Source: Prorocentrum cordatum
Lineage: Eukaryota
NCBI GenBank assembly: GCA_963575745.1
Contig: CAUYUJ010000323.1
Coordinates: 1 to 64,000, forward strand
DNA length: 64,000 nucleotides
Reading direction: 5' to 3'
How positions within the stretch are numbered: the stretch's first letter is position 1; every line of letters begins with the position of its first letter. Below the pieces are notes generated by a model. That model made no database searches, was not told the origin of the DNA, and saw only the letters and a program-made list of their open reading frames with translations. The translations under genes and the position numbers were made by a program. Positions 52,079 to 64,000 of this stretch are shown piece after piece.

Positions 52079-52857
52079 TAGTAGCGCTGCATGTAGTGCA
52101 TTGAAAAGCATGCCAGTCAGCATGGGCCCCAAACAGTGGTTGTCTTGCAATCTATGTGGTGCACTCTGGGTGGTGTAAGCTATATAGTGCAATCTATGTG
52201 GGGCAACGTGGTGTTAGCTATGGGGTGCAAGCTATGTTGTAAGAGCTTTGGTATTCATCTAGAACCACGCGTCCGGGGGAGGGGGGGGAAGATGCATTTT
52301 TGGGCCCGGAGGCCTCTTGGGCGGAGATGTGCGACACCTGGGATTGTCTGGGTGTTTCTTTGCGAATTGGCTAGTGTTGTGCGTGCCGAATTTCGCGCTG
52401 TCCTAATGGGCCGTCTTGGGCCGAATGGAGGCCCCGTTGGACCTTGTTGGGCCGATCTTGGAGGTTTTGTGGGCAATCTTGGACGCTGTGAAACACCCAA
52501 GGGTGAATCTGTTAAGCATATATGTTTTCCCAATGGCATGGGACGTCTTTGGCCTCTTGTGTCTCTCTCGGGGCTTCTTCAGCGTCTGAGGCCGTCTGGA
52601 GGCCATCGTGACCGACATGGGGCGATCTTTCGGCGACTGGGACGTCTCCGAGCCGTGCTGGTCCTCTCCTGGAGCGTTCTGGGGGAGTTGACCGGGATTC
52701 CGCCGGGGATCAGCCGGGTACTTTTCGTCCGGGGTCCTCCAGGGGCTACTCCGAGCGCGCGAATTGCAGGTCCGCGTCGGCAGATATGCTTCGGCAGACC
52801 GTGTTGTGCGGCCTCGGGAGGACCTCTTCGGTGAGGGTCCGCCCGTTCGGTTCAACC

Positions 52858-53900
52858 GTCGTCGTCGCCGCCGCCGTCGGCGTCGTCCGCGTCGTAGTCG
52901 TCGGCGTCGTCGGTGTCGTCGGCGTCGTCGTCGTCGTCGGCGTCGTCGGCGTCGTCGGCGTCGCCGCCGCCGTTGCTGTCGTCGGCGGAGTCGTCGTCGG
53001 CGTCGGCGCCTTCGTCGTCGTCGTCGTCGTCGGTGCCGTCGTCGTTGGTGTCGTCGGCGTCGTCGTCGGCGTCGTCGTTGTCGTCGGCGCCGCAGTCGTC
53101 GTCGTCGGCGTCGGCGTCGGCGTCGGCGTCATCGTCCCCGTCCGCGCCCTCGGCATCGGCGTCGTCGTCGTCGGCGTCGGCCGCGTCGTAGTCATCGTCG
53201 GCGTCGTCGGCGTCGTCGTTGTTGGCGTCGTCGCCGCCGCAGTCGTCGTCGTCGGTGGCGCCGCCCGCCCGACCCGACCCGCCCGACCCGACCCGCCCGT
53301 TAGGGTCCGGCCGACCCGACCCGACCCGACCCGCCCGTTAGGGTACGCGCGTGCCAATTCGATGATGCATCATACTTTAATGTCCCGCCCGCCCGACCCG
53401 ACCCGCCCATTAGGGCCCGCCCCGCCCCGCCCGACCCGACCCGCCCGTTAGGGTCCGGGCGACCCGACCCGACCCTAACGCGCGTGCCAACCCGATGCAT
53501 CACCGCGTAGGGTAGGGTACGCGCGTGCCAACCCGATGCATCATACTTTAATGTCCCGCCCGCCCGACCAGACTCGCCCGTTAGGGTGCGCCCGCCCGAC
53601 CCGACCCGCTTGTTAGGGTCCGCTCGACTTGACCCGACACGCCCGCGAGGGTACGCGCGTGCCAACTAGATGATGCATAATACGTCAATGTCCCGCCCGC
53701 CAGTCCCGACCCGCCCGTTGGGTCCGCCCGCCCGCCCGACTCGACCCGCCCGCTAGGGCCCGCCCGACCCGTCCCGACCCGGCCCGCCAGGGTCCGCCCG
53801 ACCCGACCCGTCCCGCCTGGAGCCGCGCGTGTTAGCTCGACGATGCATTGTATTTTAATGTCCCGCCCGCCCGACCCGACCCGCCCGTTAGGGCCCGCCC
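52858..53900. repeat. (GTC/GGC)n tract followed by a complex (CCCGA)n/GTTAGGG repeat
   Basis: Directly visible; recurring ACGCGCGTGCCAA...GATGCAT...TAATGTCCCGCCC blocks. Confidence 0.85.
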
Positions 53901-54409
53901 GCTCAGCGAGGCGTTGCCATGGGCAGTTCTGTTCGTGCACGCGTTCGCGTTCACTCATGGCGCTCGCATGTTCACATCATATGTATACCACTTCTCTGTG
54001 TGCCATGCTGCTGTTGCTGCTGCTGCTGCATATTGTCTTATTTGCCCTCCTCCTATTCCTCCTCGGGCTCTTCCTTATGCTGCTCTTCCTCATCCTCGGG
54101 CGGCCCCATGCGGGAGGCCTCCAGGAAGGATGAGGAGGAGGACAGTGAGGGGAGGAGGATGCTGGTGATAGAAATGAGGATGAGGATGAGGATTCGATGA
54201 GGACGATGTGGAGGACAATGAGGATGAAGAGTACAATGAGGATGAGGATGACGAGGATGACGATGCGGAGGACGATGAGGATGAAGAGGATTAGGATTAG
54301 GAGGATGAAGATGAGGATGGTGATTTGGATGATACTGACGATGCTGATGATGGCGATGAGGATGGTGAGGATGACGACGATGATGAAGATGAGGAGGGTT
54401 CTCGACGCA

Positions 54410-54833
54410 CCGGACGCACCGAACCTACAAAGCCCACCACACGCACAGGACCCACCGAACCCACCAGACCCACAGGACCCACCAGACCCAATCACCAGAC
54501 CCGCAGAAAGCACCGGACCCACCGGACCCACCGGACCCACCAGACCCACCGGACCCACCGGACCCACCAGACCCACCAGACGCACAGGACCCACAGGACG
54601 CACCGGACACACCGGACCCACCGGACCCACCGGACCCACCGGACCCACCGGACCCACCGGACCCACCAGACCCACCGGACCCACCGGACCCGCCGGACCC
54701 ACCGGACACACCGGACACACTGGACCCACCGGACCCACCGGACACACCGGACACACCGGATCCACCGGACCCACTAGACCCACCGGACACACCGGACCCA
54801 CTGGACCCACCGGACCCACCAGACCCACCGGAC
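54410..54833 (+). repeat. (GGACCCACC)n 9-bp tandem repeat, second locus
   Basis: Same unit and orientation as 40679-40882. Confidence 0.95.
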
Positions 54834-55399
54834 CGCAACCCCAGGGCGGACCATCTTCAGACCGCGGGCCACAACCAGAAGACATGCCCATACGGTAGGG
54901 GGCATTCGTCAAAGAATGTGCCCAGGAGGCTTCACACCCTGGAGGATTCCTTATCCGATGAGGTCGGTTGTGGTATTCATGGCCGATCCATGATTGGAGT
55001 CCCACCGGATTCCAGATATTGGATTCATGGCCCAACTGTTTTTGTTTTCCATTGTCATCACCGTAATTCTAGACTTCTGAGCTGACCAGAGTTACCGGGC
55101 ACGACCAGATGGTAGTAGGACCAGATCGTCATATGCTTAGTTGTCGCAGTCGGCCTGCTGGGCGCGGAAGGTGCGCGACGACCGCCGCAATTGGGTATGG
55201 GTCTTGTTCGCCAGGAGGAGAGGCGATGAGGACGGACAAGGACGAGGAGGAGAGGGTTAGAGAAAGAAGCCGGACTTGGGAGGAGCAGGAGGAGGAGGAC
55301 GAGGACGACGACGAGAACGAGGAGGACGAGGAGGACGAGGAAGAAAAAGACAAGTAGGGGCGGAATAACAACAACAAGCTGAGGAACAAACAACAACAA

Positions 55400-55744
<345 letters not shown>

Positions 55745-55932
55745 GGTCTCGTGCACCACATCACCACGGCTCAACCGCCTTGGGAAGAGCGTCCTTGTGG
55801 CTGCCTCATTTCCAGTATGTAGCGAGCACCTCTTCTGGGTGAAAGGGCGGGTCTGACGTGCATGCAGCGGCGGGCGCTTATCCGAGGGCAGCTGGTCCCT
55901 ACGGCCCAAAGTAAAGCGACAGCGGCGGCACA

Positions 55933-56150
55933 GCAGCACACGGGGCGACCCCAGTACCGCCATCGAGGCCAACTAGCGCGAGTAGGCGCGAGAAGAGGCC
56001 AGGATGGCAAGCCAAAATGGCTAGGCGCCCAGCGGCGTCGCGGCAGCACACGGGGCGACCCCAGCACCGCCAGCGAGGCCCACGAGCGCAAGTAGGCGTG
56101 AGAGGAGGCCAGGACGGCAAGCCAATTGGCAAGTCAGAATGGCTAGGCGC
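55933..56150 (-). repeat. ~110-bp tandem duplication containing stacked SL-like motifs
   Basis: Minus-strand TAGCCATTTTGGCT (56010-56023) is an exact 14-nt SL match; the second copy reads TAGCCATTCTGACT at 56132-56145. Confidence 0.7.
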
Positions 56151-56729
56151 ACAGATGACCGTGCGAGGAGCGGAGGCTTAAGCAACAGGAGCCGCGGCGC
56201 GAGGGGGGCACCACTGTGGGCACACCGCGCTCGCTGGCAGGGCGGCGTTGCTACAGCTGGGGCGTAAGCAGACCTACAGGTTCAGCACCTTTGAAAGTGG
56301 CAGGCACGGGATCTTAACATGGACTCACGTAGCCTCCCCGAGGGCATAGAGGTATTCGATGCTGTGGGCCTGCAGAGTTTCATCATTCAGGCGGACTGGC
56401 CTGCTCCTTGCGCAATGGCTGCAAAGACCTGCGACGGCAGCGCTTGCACTTCTCCCCCGAGGTCGCCACTGCCGCCCGCCTGCCCTGAGGGCCCAAAGAT
56501 CTGGCGCTCGAGGTCCTCGCCGAGGGCCACGTTCAGGGCGGCAACATTAGGGATCTGCTGCGGGAGCGGGTCCGTCGGCGGCGGCGGCACCGCAGGGGGC
56601 GCCGTCAGCGGCGGCGGCGGCGGGGCCATGATGGCCGCTGGCGGGGCCCCAGCAGGCGGTGGTGGCGGGTCCTGGCTGCCGCGGGCCACGCCAGCTGGAG
56701 GGGCGCTGGCTGTGCGGACGGGGGTGGCA

Positions 56730-57014
<285 letters not shown>

Positions 57015-57639
57015 ACGGGGGGTACTATAGTTTTGACCATAAGACGTCATGCTGTCGACGCCCCCTGCCCCCCCGTAGAATCTTAGCGACATGTTTTGGG
57101 TCGGGCGGCGGTTCGACTCCGATGGGCTCTCACCCTGTAAGAATATAATAATATATATATAAAAAAACAGGGTGATAATTACTCCGTCCCATTTACAATA
57201 GGGCCGGAAAACACTCCGACTTGAACCCATTCACAGTAAACCACTCCGCTTGGGTCACGTTTGATCGTCCGTGTCATCATCCCCATCGACCCTGTCCTTA
57301 TCATGCCAACGCGATGTTTCATTGTATTCCTTGTTGCATTGATGCTGTGAGACCCTGGGCATCCTTCTCCAATGCGGTCGCTCTCGGTTCACTGGTTGGC
57401 CGTCCCAGAGGGCCCACAAAGGCTCGCGAATCCGCATCAAGGCACCTTTGCATCCTGATCGGTCCTCCGCGGCACGCGTGACCAGCGAGGCAATTCTCAT
57501 CTTACATGGGCGTGATTAAAGTTTTGCCCTTTTTTAGCATCGACGAAGTAATGGCTACGATGCATCCACACGCTGTTGTGGCATGAGGAGGTGCTTCGAT
57601 CGGTGTCGTTGTGATGTGGAGCTGGTTGCACCGAAATAC

Positions 57640-58520
57640 AATCAGTGCTACTTGGGCGCAGCAGCGCCTGAGCACCGCAGTGACAGTGAGCACCCAGATG
57701 CCTGTGGGCACAACATCGCCAAGATCCACCCTTATCCTTCCACCACTCCTCCCTCCAACTTGAAGTTGCAGCGGAGACACACTGGACGAGTTGGTATTTG
57801 ATTTGCGCTGGGAATCGAGACTGCTGCGACCGCACGCGCATTTCTTCCAAGACAGTTGTTTACCTCTTGGATTCGGCCTGAGCTGGATCAATACTGCCTG
57901 AGTCCAACAACGCCTCAGCACCAATGTGACTCTGAGCTCTTGCTAGTGAACACCAGGCACGCAGAGCGCAGCAACATCGATAAGCCTTGAAAGTTCATCG
58001 AAGCAAGCTCCACCCTCATCCTTCCACCCGTCCTCCCTCCAACATGTCCTACATGTTGCAGCGAGGACAAACTGGATAATTTTGTATTGGATTTGCGATA
58101 AGAATCGAGACTGTTGCGACCACGCGCGCATTTACTGCTCGAAGGCCATGTCTTGACTGCTCGATTTGGCCTCGGAGCCGGATCAACACTACCCGAGTCC
58201 AGCAACGCCTGAACACCACTGTGAGTGTGAGCACCCGGCCGCCTGTGAACGACACATTGCCAGTGAACACCACTGCTGACAAGCAGCTCAAGTACGCAGA
58301 GCACAACAATATCAATAAAGCCTGAAAGTTGATCGACGCAAGCTCCTCCCTCATCCTTCCGCCCCTCCTCCCCCCAACTTGCCCCGAAAGTTGCAGCGAG
58401 GACGACCTGGACGAATTTGCATTGGACTTACGATAGCAATCGAGACTGTTGCGATCACGCTCGCATTTACTGCTAGAAGGTCGTGTTTTGACTGTTGGAT
58501 TGGGCCTTCGGAGCTGGGGT
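57640..58520 (+). repeat. Three diverged ~290-335-bp tandem units
   Basis: GTTGCAGCG...CTGGA...AATCGAGACTG.TGCGA near 57765, 58055 and 58390. Confidence 0.8.
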
Positions 58521-59247
58521 CAAACCCTAAAAAACGACTTGGCCCAGACAATATCATACTTCGAACGATCCCCACCGAAACCTTCGGCGCCTGTCCTACT
58601 CCTCGTGCTCCTCGTCCTCATCATTTCCCTCCTCTTCCTCCTCCTCCCACTCCCTTCCCCTCATCCCTCCTTCCTCCTCCTGTCCTCCTCCCTCTTCCTC
58701 ATCCTCCCTCTTCCTAACATACGGGTTTTCCAATAGGAAATGGGGTGCATCAGGCGGCCCAAGCAGAAGCAGCCCAAACGGGCGGATGAGTCGTGCTTTC
58801 CCTGTTGGATTCGGCCTCCGGGGTGGGGTCGGAAAAAAAAAAAACAAAAAAACGATTTTGCAGAAAAGGCCGGAACCCGGAAAACTAGTGGAAAACATAT
58901 TGGTTTTCCAATAGGAAATGGTGTAGATCAGCCGGCCCAAGCAGAAGCAGCCCAAACGGGCGGGTCCTTTTCAAAAATGTGCTTGTTTGGGGGTGACAGC
59001 AGTATCTCCCCCCAAGGGGTCCCCCCCTTGAAGGGGGGGGGCGGGTGTCTCCCCCCGGCACGTCCCCCCCTCCGGAAGGGGGCCAGCGCCGCACCGGGGG
59101 CCTCTCTGGGCGCCACCCCAGAGAGCGGTCGGCCAGACCGAGACACTGGCCGGCGGTGAGGCGAGAACTTAAGGAGTGGCCGGCATTCGGGCGAGAGCGC
59201 ACGCAAACGTCGTAACCGCCGTCGTCGTCGTCGTCGTCGTCGTCATT

Positions 59248-59285
<38 letters not shown>

Positions 59286-59299
59286 CGCGGCCGTTGGGC

Positions 59300-59870
59300 T
59301 TCAAACGTATTTTGAAGGAAGTCTCAAGCGAAACGCTCGATTTCCAACCGTTTGGAAATCGATGCTATTGTTTCGAACCGACGTGGAACCGTCAGAACAA
59401 CCATTTTTGTGAGGGTGTCCCACGCGGTTTGCCGTTTTCGAACCGCCATCCCCTTCTTTCGAACCGAGTTGGAACCGTGAGAACAAGAATTTGTGTGAGG
59501 ATGTCCCACGCGGTTTGCCGTTTTCGAACCGCCATCCCCTTCTTTCGAACCGAGTTCGAACCATCAGGACAGCAGATTTGTGAGGATGTCCCGCGCGGTT
59601 TGCCGTTTTCGAACCGCCATCCTTTTGTTTCGAACTGGGTCCAACGCCGTATTTTGAGGGAAGCCCCACGCGAAACGCTCATTCTGCTTTTGTTTCGAAC
59701 CGCATTCTATTGTTTCGAACCGAGTTCGAACCGTCTTGAGAGCCAATTTTGTGAGGATGTCCCACGCGGTTTGCCGTTTTCGAACCGCCATCCCGTTTGG
59801 CTTAATAAAATTTTAATTTAAGGAACCAAATCCAAGTTCGAACCGCGCCCCGACAGCCCAGGTTCGAACT
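59300..59870 (+). repeat. TTCGAA-rich ~86-bp tandem repeat
   Basis: GAGGATGTCCCACGCGGTTTGCCGTTTTCGAACCGCCATCC occurs four times. Confidence 0.88.
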
Positions 59871-59939
59871 CCGCCCCGAAAGCGAGGCACCTCCCCGTAA
59901 CATTGTACCAGGCTCCACGTCCCTAACGGGGCGACTAGC

Positions 59940-60170
59940 GACGTGCGCTCACATTGCGGACGCAGGATGCAGTTTTTCCGACCCGTCAAAATGGGGCAAC
60001 CTGTCATCACGGCACAGACGTGCGCTCGCATTGCGGACGTAGGATGCACTTCTGCCGACCCGTCAAAATGGGGCACTCTGTCATCGCGGCACAGACGTGT
60101 GCTCGCATTGTGGACGAAGGATGCACTTCTTCCGACCCGTCAAAATGGGGCAATCTTTCATCACGGCACA
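59940..60170 (+). repeat. 77-bp tandem repeat, 3 copies
   Basis: GACGTG.GCTC.CATTG.GGACG.AGGATGCA...CCGACCCGTCAAAATGGGGCA occurs three times. Confidence 0.92.
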
Positions 60171-60329
60171 GTATGGTCAACAATTTTAGTACCCCCGAAG
60201 TAATATTAACAGTAACAGCAATAGAAAGGATAACAATAATAATAATAGTAATAATAATAACAACAATGCTACAAACAATCAGAGTACTAGTAATAATAAT
60301 ATTAGCAATACGGAGGAGGAGGACGAGGG

Positions 60330-60381
60330 ACTGTATCCATTCTAGCTCAAGCCATGCTGGTTCCTCTCGTTTTGGCTCACG
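60330..60381 (+). other. Tandem relic spliced leaders
   Basis: ACTGTATCCATTCTAGCTCAAG (18/22 to SL), then CCATGCTGGTTC and TCGTTTTGGCTCACG (truncated CCATTTTGGCTCAAG-type relics). Confidence 0.7.
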
Positions 60382-60859
60382 ACCGCTTCGCGCATGGGGC
60401 GCGCCTGCGGCGGTGCCCATGCGCGGCGCCCGCAGGCCCCGCGCCCGGCCCAGAGGGCCGCCCTTGACCGCAGAGCTCCAGCACAACGAGCACCGCGGCC
60501 GCGAAGCGTCGACCGCGCGCAGACGGGGGGTGGGGGGAGCGGGGGAGGTTTCCAGGAAGCGCCCCTGCTTCCTGGAAGGCGCTGGCCTCGCCTATGGGTG
60601 CAGGGCCGGCGCTGTCTAAGTAGCAGCCGTGTTCTAAAAGATCTGGCCCTTCCCTTTAATGGAGGATGACGATTAATAAATGACCGGGGGTCGTGTTCAC
60701 GCGGCGGCGCCCGGGATGACGATTAGAAAAACCGGCCGCGGGCTGGAAAATTATTTCGTTATAAATCGTTCTCCTCCAGTCAGAAAATCGTGCAGAAATT
60801 GCAGAAGACTATTTTTTGAATCGTTCTCTCCAATTTTTACTAAGATACCCCCTCCCGTG

Positions 60860-62551
60860 TGCGCCGCCAACACGAACACCGCCGCCGCAGGAGGAGCCAC
60901 GAGGCCGGCGCCGCGCACGGCGCGGGGCGCCGGCCGCGCCCAGAGCCCCGGCTGGGGCGCGAGATGTTGCTCCACGGCTGCGTGGCAGGGCCCACGGCGG
61001 CGCATGCGCCCGAGAGAGCAGACGCACGCCGCTGTGGGCGGGGCACAGCTCGGCCCGGGTCCGCCCTCTTCGTGGGGGCCCTCTTGCCCGAACGCCAACA
61101 GCGTCGATCTTCTCCCGCGGGCCTGCGCCGCGCGCGAGGGGCACGCGACCTTGGGCGCCGCCGTGGCTACAGCCGCGGCCGCGCGGAATGCGGCCCAGGG
61201 CTGCGAGGGCCGCCAGCACAAGCACGGGAGCCACCACCGCAGCTGCGAGAGCCACCGGCAGTGCCACTGCGGCCACCAGCTGAACTGCAGCCAGCAGCAG
61301 AGGGAGGGCCGCTCGCAGAAGTCGAGGGGCCGCCAGCGCGGCTACGAGGACCACCAGTTGAGCAACGACTGGACCCCGCGGATCCCCGATTGGAGCCAGC
61401 ATTGCGCCAGCAGGGTGCCCCCCGCCAGGCCCGGGCCGCCCTTGCCGCACAGGCCGACGTGGTCACTGCACCAGAGGGAGGCCCAGGGCGCGCCCCCAGG
61501 GCGACGGCCCCGAGAGGCCAGGCGGGCTGACAACGGGGAAAGACGAGGCACAAGCCAACAGAACGGTGGCCCACGGGTCCAAAGTGAATGCGACGACCCA
61601 CGGGCCGGAGCACGCTGCGAGCTTGAGGAGGGACGCGCTAGCTTTGCCATTTGCCAGCGCCACCGCTGAGGCCGTGTGACAATCATCGTGCTCATAGGTC
61701 GCAAGGTCGACGCCGTCCGGAGCGAGATGTACGAAAGTGTCCTGAGCAAGCCCATGGGCTCGGCACGACGTGCTTACGCTGCAAACACGGCAACGTCACT
61801 TTCACTTCGGCCGAGATGGTCAGCAACTCTCTTTTTTTTGTTTCTCCATCTCTCTCTCTCTCTGTCTCTCTCCCCCTCCCTCTCGGAAAATTCGACGCTG
61901 ACCAGCCAGAGGGGGAGGAGGAGGAGGACGAGGAGGAGGAGGAGGAGAAGGAGGAGGCGGATCTCACTCAGCAGCGTGAGAGCGCTGGCGCCCTCGCGCC
62001 TGGGGGAGCCCCTGGCCGCGACAGCGCGGGGCGCACCTCGAAGAACGGGGCGGTTGACCTGCAAAGGGGCTTGTGCACGCGCCCACGTCCCATGCCGTTG
62101 GCCAGGATCTACAGTGCCACAGAGCCCATACGCATCTGCGCCGCGTGCCGCCGTCTGCCTCTTCGCCGGGACCTGGGGGACTCCCCAAAACACATTCGCA
62201 GTCGCCGAATACAACACCGAAGCAACGGCCCAGAAGGCGATCCAGATGGCGGACGTCGCGCAGATCGGCATGGCCTGCACCCACGCACGCGGGACACCGT
62301 TTGGGCCCATTGGCGAGCTCGACTACAGAGCGTCTCCCGCCTACGCCGCGCCAGGGGTTGAGCAAAGGGAAGAACCAGAACAGTTCCGCGACCGCCAAGC
62401 CGACCAGCCCGCCGAGAGCAACGACACGGCGACCACCGAAAAACCCAGAGAGAGCAGCAGCTACGCGCGACTGCGTGCCGCTGAGAAGGCCGAGGAGGCT
62501 GCGGCTCACGCGACAGCAGCTGCGTCGCAGGATGGGGGAGGCCACGCTTGA
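60860..62551 (+). pseudogene. Heavily decayed ORF with an RRM-like fragment (possible LINE ORF1 or retrogene)
   Basis: TFAVAEYNTEATAQKAIQM near 62190-62250 resembles RNP-1 plus the following helix; lies downstream of the SL relics; frames are fragmented. Confidence 0.3.
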
Positions 62552-63385
62552 GGAGACGACCAGCCTGCCAGATCACGCACGGCACGGCGTAGCTATCGCC
62601 ATCCCGAGATCACGACAGCGCCCGCTCCGGGGCACAGGCTCCCTGCGGAAGTGGCACACAGCGGCCGCCACGTGGTCCGAGGCCCACCCAGCCACCGCCA
62701 CACGGTCGGGGCGTTGAAGAAGGAACTCGTTTCGTCGGGTAGGGGCTCCGTGTTCCTTAATCGTTTCGCAGTTTGCCCCACGTCTTCCTCAGGTTTTCGA
62801 AGGGAAATCGAAGTTCAACTTCTGGAGGAAAGGGGCCTCGTTCCTTATTTGGGGTTCCTTTGGTCAGCGCCCCGACTGTACAGCGACAGCAACGCGCCGA
62901 GTTGGAACAGCAGTTCGAACGGCATGCAAGGACGTCCCCTCTTGAGGTGCGGGGCAGGGCGGCCCTGCCGCGCGCCGCTCGCGCGGAGGGTGGGGGCCTG
63001 CAGCAGGAGGAAGATCGAGCGCAGCAGCAGCACGGCGCGACCGACGTCCCGCTCCATCCCCATGGAGACCACGCGCTACGCCCACCCCTGCCCCCTCCTC
63101 TGGTTTCTGTTCGCCCCTCCTTGCCCCCCCTCTCCCCTATCCTGCCCTCCCGGGGGTAGCTTTTCAGAGGCTCCGTGGCGTGGGGTGGTTCTTGCCCCCC
63201 TTTCTCTTCTTTCCACTCGGGGGGGGGCTTCGCCTCGCCTCGTCGACTTCCACCATGCCCTGCCGTTTCCCTCGTCGAGCTGGCGTCGACGCCAATAGCT
63301 TCCTTCAAGCTTGGCCGCCCCGTGCCAGACTGCACGAGGTGGGGCAGGGCAGCACCTTCTTGGAGGTAGCATTGCCCGCGGCACC

Positions 63386-63521
63386 GAGGAGGAGGAGGAG
63401 GAGGAGGAGGAGGAGGAAAAAGGAGGAGGAAGGAGGAGGAGGAAGGAGGAGGAGCAGGAGGAGGAAGGAGGAGTAGGAGGAGGAGGATGAGGAAGTGGAG
63501 GAGGAAGTGGAGGAGGAGGAG

Positions 63522-63555
<34 letters not shown>

Positions 63556-64000
63556 AGGAGGAGAGCTGCTCGCGCGCTGCTTCCATGGGGGTGTTTTGGA
63601 GAGGCCTCTGGGGATCCCAACAGATGGCTCGACGCCTCATTGAGGTCGACGTTGGGATCAGCAATCGGGAAATCGTGGATTGAGGGACCAAGGGGGATCC
63701 CTCCTCCTCCTCCTCCTCCTCCTCCTCCTCCTCACTACCACCGCCATCACCATCACCACCGCCACCACACTACGACCATCATCGTCATCAGCATCATCAT
63801 CATCTTCATCACCATCATCACCATCATCATCATCATCATCATCAGCATCATCGTCATCGTCATCACCATCATCACCTTCTTCATCATCATCATCACCATC
63901 GTCAGCATCAGCAGCATCATTACCATCACCACCATCATCGTGATCATCAGTATTATCAACCGCCTCATTATCGTCGTCATCATCACCACCACCATCATCG
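63386..64000. repeat. (GGA)n, (CCT)n and (CAT)n tracts
   Basis: Directly visible. Confidence 0.9.

Larger units (their letters stand above)
48405..52110 (+). mobile_element. Putative KDZ-type DNA transposon (boundaries tentative)
   Basis: Contains a KDZ transposase; imperfect inverted similarity between 48405-48545 and 52015-52110. Confidence 0.5.

Noticed and set aside
53295..53895. Interstitial telomere (TTAGGG)
   Set aside because: Only isolated GTTAGGG motifs inside a larger repeat, not tandem telomeric units.
54197..54898. Collagen-like (GPT)n protein, also at 40657-40905
   Set aside because: Translation of a 9-bp DNA repeat with no synonymous variation pattern, open on both strands.
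57015..57134. tRNA or tmRNA gene
   Set aside because: The T-stem is imperfect, there is no matching acceptor stem, and it is far too short for tmRNA.

Overview
This is eukaryotic, repeat-dominated DNA, most likely from a dinoflagellate nucleus. That inference rests on several matches to the dinoflagellate spliced leader (SL, DCCGTAGCCATTTTGGCTCAAG) and on a LINE carrying a C5 DNA methyltransferase. Most ORFs in the supplied track are microsatellite or GC-rich artefacts. The real coding content is mostly decayed mobile elements. (1) An apparently full-length LINE (7160-14198; ORF1 with Zn finger and coiled coil, then APE-RT-CCHC-RNase H) starts exactly at a relic SL and sits inside (CCT)n. (2) A 5'-truncated LINE (17139-24687, exact 13-bp TSD) has an apparent single polyprotein with an OTU-like cysteine protease and three ubiquitin-like di-Gly motifs at domain boundaries. 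This suggests a self-processing retrotransposon polyprotein and is my best candidate for an undescribed system. (3) A 5'-truncated LINE-DNMT lies on the minus strand (about 37880-40066). (4) A KDZ-type DNA transposase pseudogene has a relic SL, an intron-like insert and degenerate inverted repeats. (5) An intact 176-aa AT-hook ORF looks like a retrogene and lies behind a relic SL. (6) TA-flanked MITEs are present, one of which appears to have captured and moved an 8-unit ~300-bp satellite. The rest is micro-, mini- and larger satellites plus dispersed repeats. No rRNA, convincing tRNA or CRISPR array was found. All domain calls are by-eye motif recognition, not database searches.
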